From contig JAMCSD010000004.1 of assembly GCA_023380755.1 (NCBI GenBank), positions 1 to 36,577 on the forward strand: DNA of 36,577 nucleotides, given 5' to 3'. Positions 35,546-36,577 of this stretch are shown here, in pieces (the stretch's first letter is position 1; every line of letters begins with the position of its first letter). Source of the DNA: Patescibacteria group bacterium (GTDB lineage Bacteria; Patescibacteriota; Microgenomatia; UBA12405). The notes under the pieces were generated by a model. It was not told where the DNA came from, did no database searches, and worked only from the letters and a program-made list of their open reading frames with translations. Both the position numbers and the translations under genes were made by a program.

Positions 35546-36577
35546 ATGCAACAACCTCAGTTTACACAGTTAGCGGCGGAGACCATAAACAAAGCGGCGG
35601 AGGAAGCGGCCCGATTGAAAAATCCGGAAATTACAGAATTGCATTTATTGTGGGCATTAAAAAATACGCCAGGAATGGCAGCAGAACTCCTAAAACCGAT
35701 TGACCAGGATACAATTCAAAGATGGCTTAAAAATCTGCCAACGATTATGAGCGGTGAACCGCGGCCAAGTATGGAACTGCAGCGAATTATTGCGGACGCT
35801 ATCCGGAAAAGCCAGGATTTGGGGGATGTATATGTGCCGCAAGAAATGCTATTGTGGGGGCTGTTGGGGACGGGGAATCCCCTCCTCTCGGCCTACTGGG
35901 ATGAACGGACTTTGCGAAATGAGATTATCAGTTCACGCGGAGGGAAAACCGTGGATACAGAAACAAAAGAAGCAACTTATAAAACCCTGGAAAAATTCAC
36001 CACCGATCTGACCGAACTGGCCCGATTGGGTAAGCTGGATCCGGTGATCGGCCGGGAAGAAGAAATCAGACGAGTGATGCAGGTATTGTCCCGAAGGACA
36101 AAAAATAACCCGGTGCTGGTGGGCGACCCGGGAGTGGGGAAAACGGCAGTAGTGGAAGGATTGGCCCAACGAATTGTGGCCGGAGATGTGCCGGAATCAT
36201 TGAAAAATAAAAAACTGTTAACTTTGGAAATGTCAACGATTTTGGCGGGAGCTAAATACCGGGGTGAATTCGAAGAAAGACTGAAGAGCTTAATTGACGA
36301 AGTGATTCGAAGCGAAGGGCATATTGTCTTATTTGTGGACGAATTACACACAATTGTCGGCGCCGGCGGCGCGGAAGGGGCGGTGGATGCCAGTAACATG
36401 CTCAAGCCGGGATTGGCCCGAGGAACCTTACGGATGATCGGAGCGACGACCCTGGCGGAATACCGGAAGTACATCGAAAAGGATACGGCGTTAGAACGGA
36501 GATTTCAGCCGGTGATGGTTAAAGAACCAACAGTGGAAGACACGATTTCGATTTTGCGGGGCTTAAAAGAAAAGTAT
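35546..36577 (+). CDS. clpB: ClpB/Hsp100 AAA+ chaperone, 5' part (runs off the window; absent from the ORF track)
   Basis: MQQPQFT...ITELHLL Clp-N domain, [29 protein letters not shown] (Walker A), LFVDELH (Walker B), [12 protein letters not shown]. ClpB versus ClpC cannot be fully settled without the M-domain. Confidence 0.92.
   Translation, partial: MQQPQFTQLAAETINKAAEEAARLKNPEITELHLLWALKNTPGMAAELLKPIDQDTIQRWLKNLPTIMSGEPRPSMELQRIIADAIRKSQDLGDVYVPQEMLLWGLLGTGNPLLSAYWDERTLRNEIISSRGGKTVDTETKEATYKTLEKFTTDLTELARLGKLDPVIGREEEIRRVMQVLSRRTKNNPVLVGDPGVGKTAVVEGLAQRIVAGDVPESLKNKKLLTLEMSTILAGAKYRGEFEERLKSLIDEVIRSEGHIVLFVDELHTIVGAGGAEGAVDASNMLKPGLARGTLRMIGATTLAEYRKYIEKDTALERRFQPVMVKEPTVEDTISILRGLKEKY

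Noticed and set aside
35977-36474. 165-aa minus-strand ORF at the window end
   Set aside because: Antisense shadow of clpB, which is the real gene on the plus strand.

Overview
Gene-dense bacterial chromosomal segment, genetic code 11, with about 44 CDS (two partial at the edges, one interrupted) and 4 tRNA genes. I found no rRNA, CRISPR array, integrase, transposase or phage structural gene. The gene content (two tandem class A PBPs, a DUF5667-like protein, split transketolase, YibE/F, many small membrane hypotheticals, weak Shine-Dalgarno signal) suggests Patescibacteria/CPR, probably Microgenomates; this is an inference. Blocks in order: nucleotide salvage, an envelope/glycosylation cluster, PBPs, nrnA, a sugar-phosphate operon, an ECF-sigma-led gene run, groESL, FkbM plus a base-modification-family gene, eno-gpmA, a tRNA-rich stretch, transporters, dsbA/dsbB and the 5' part of clpB. 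The strongest leads are: (1) a lone phage-type thymidine-hypermodification family gene (aGPT-Pplase1/HMUDK_hel-like) coupled to an FkbM methyltransferase; (2) an exact 54-bp block shared by two otherwise diverged PBP paralogs across the catalytic SxxK motif; (3) -10 boxes 5-6 nt from several start codons, suggesting leaderless mRNAs; (4) variant CIRCE operators at groESL and clpB; (5) twin operators at an XRE gene; (6) a palindromic insertion with a duplicated tRNA-Arg(GCG) 5' end; (7) an in-frame stop in a nucleotidyltransferase. All family names come from motif recognition by eye; no database search was run.
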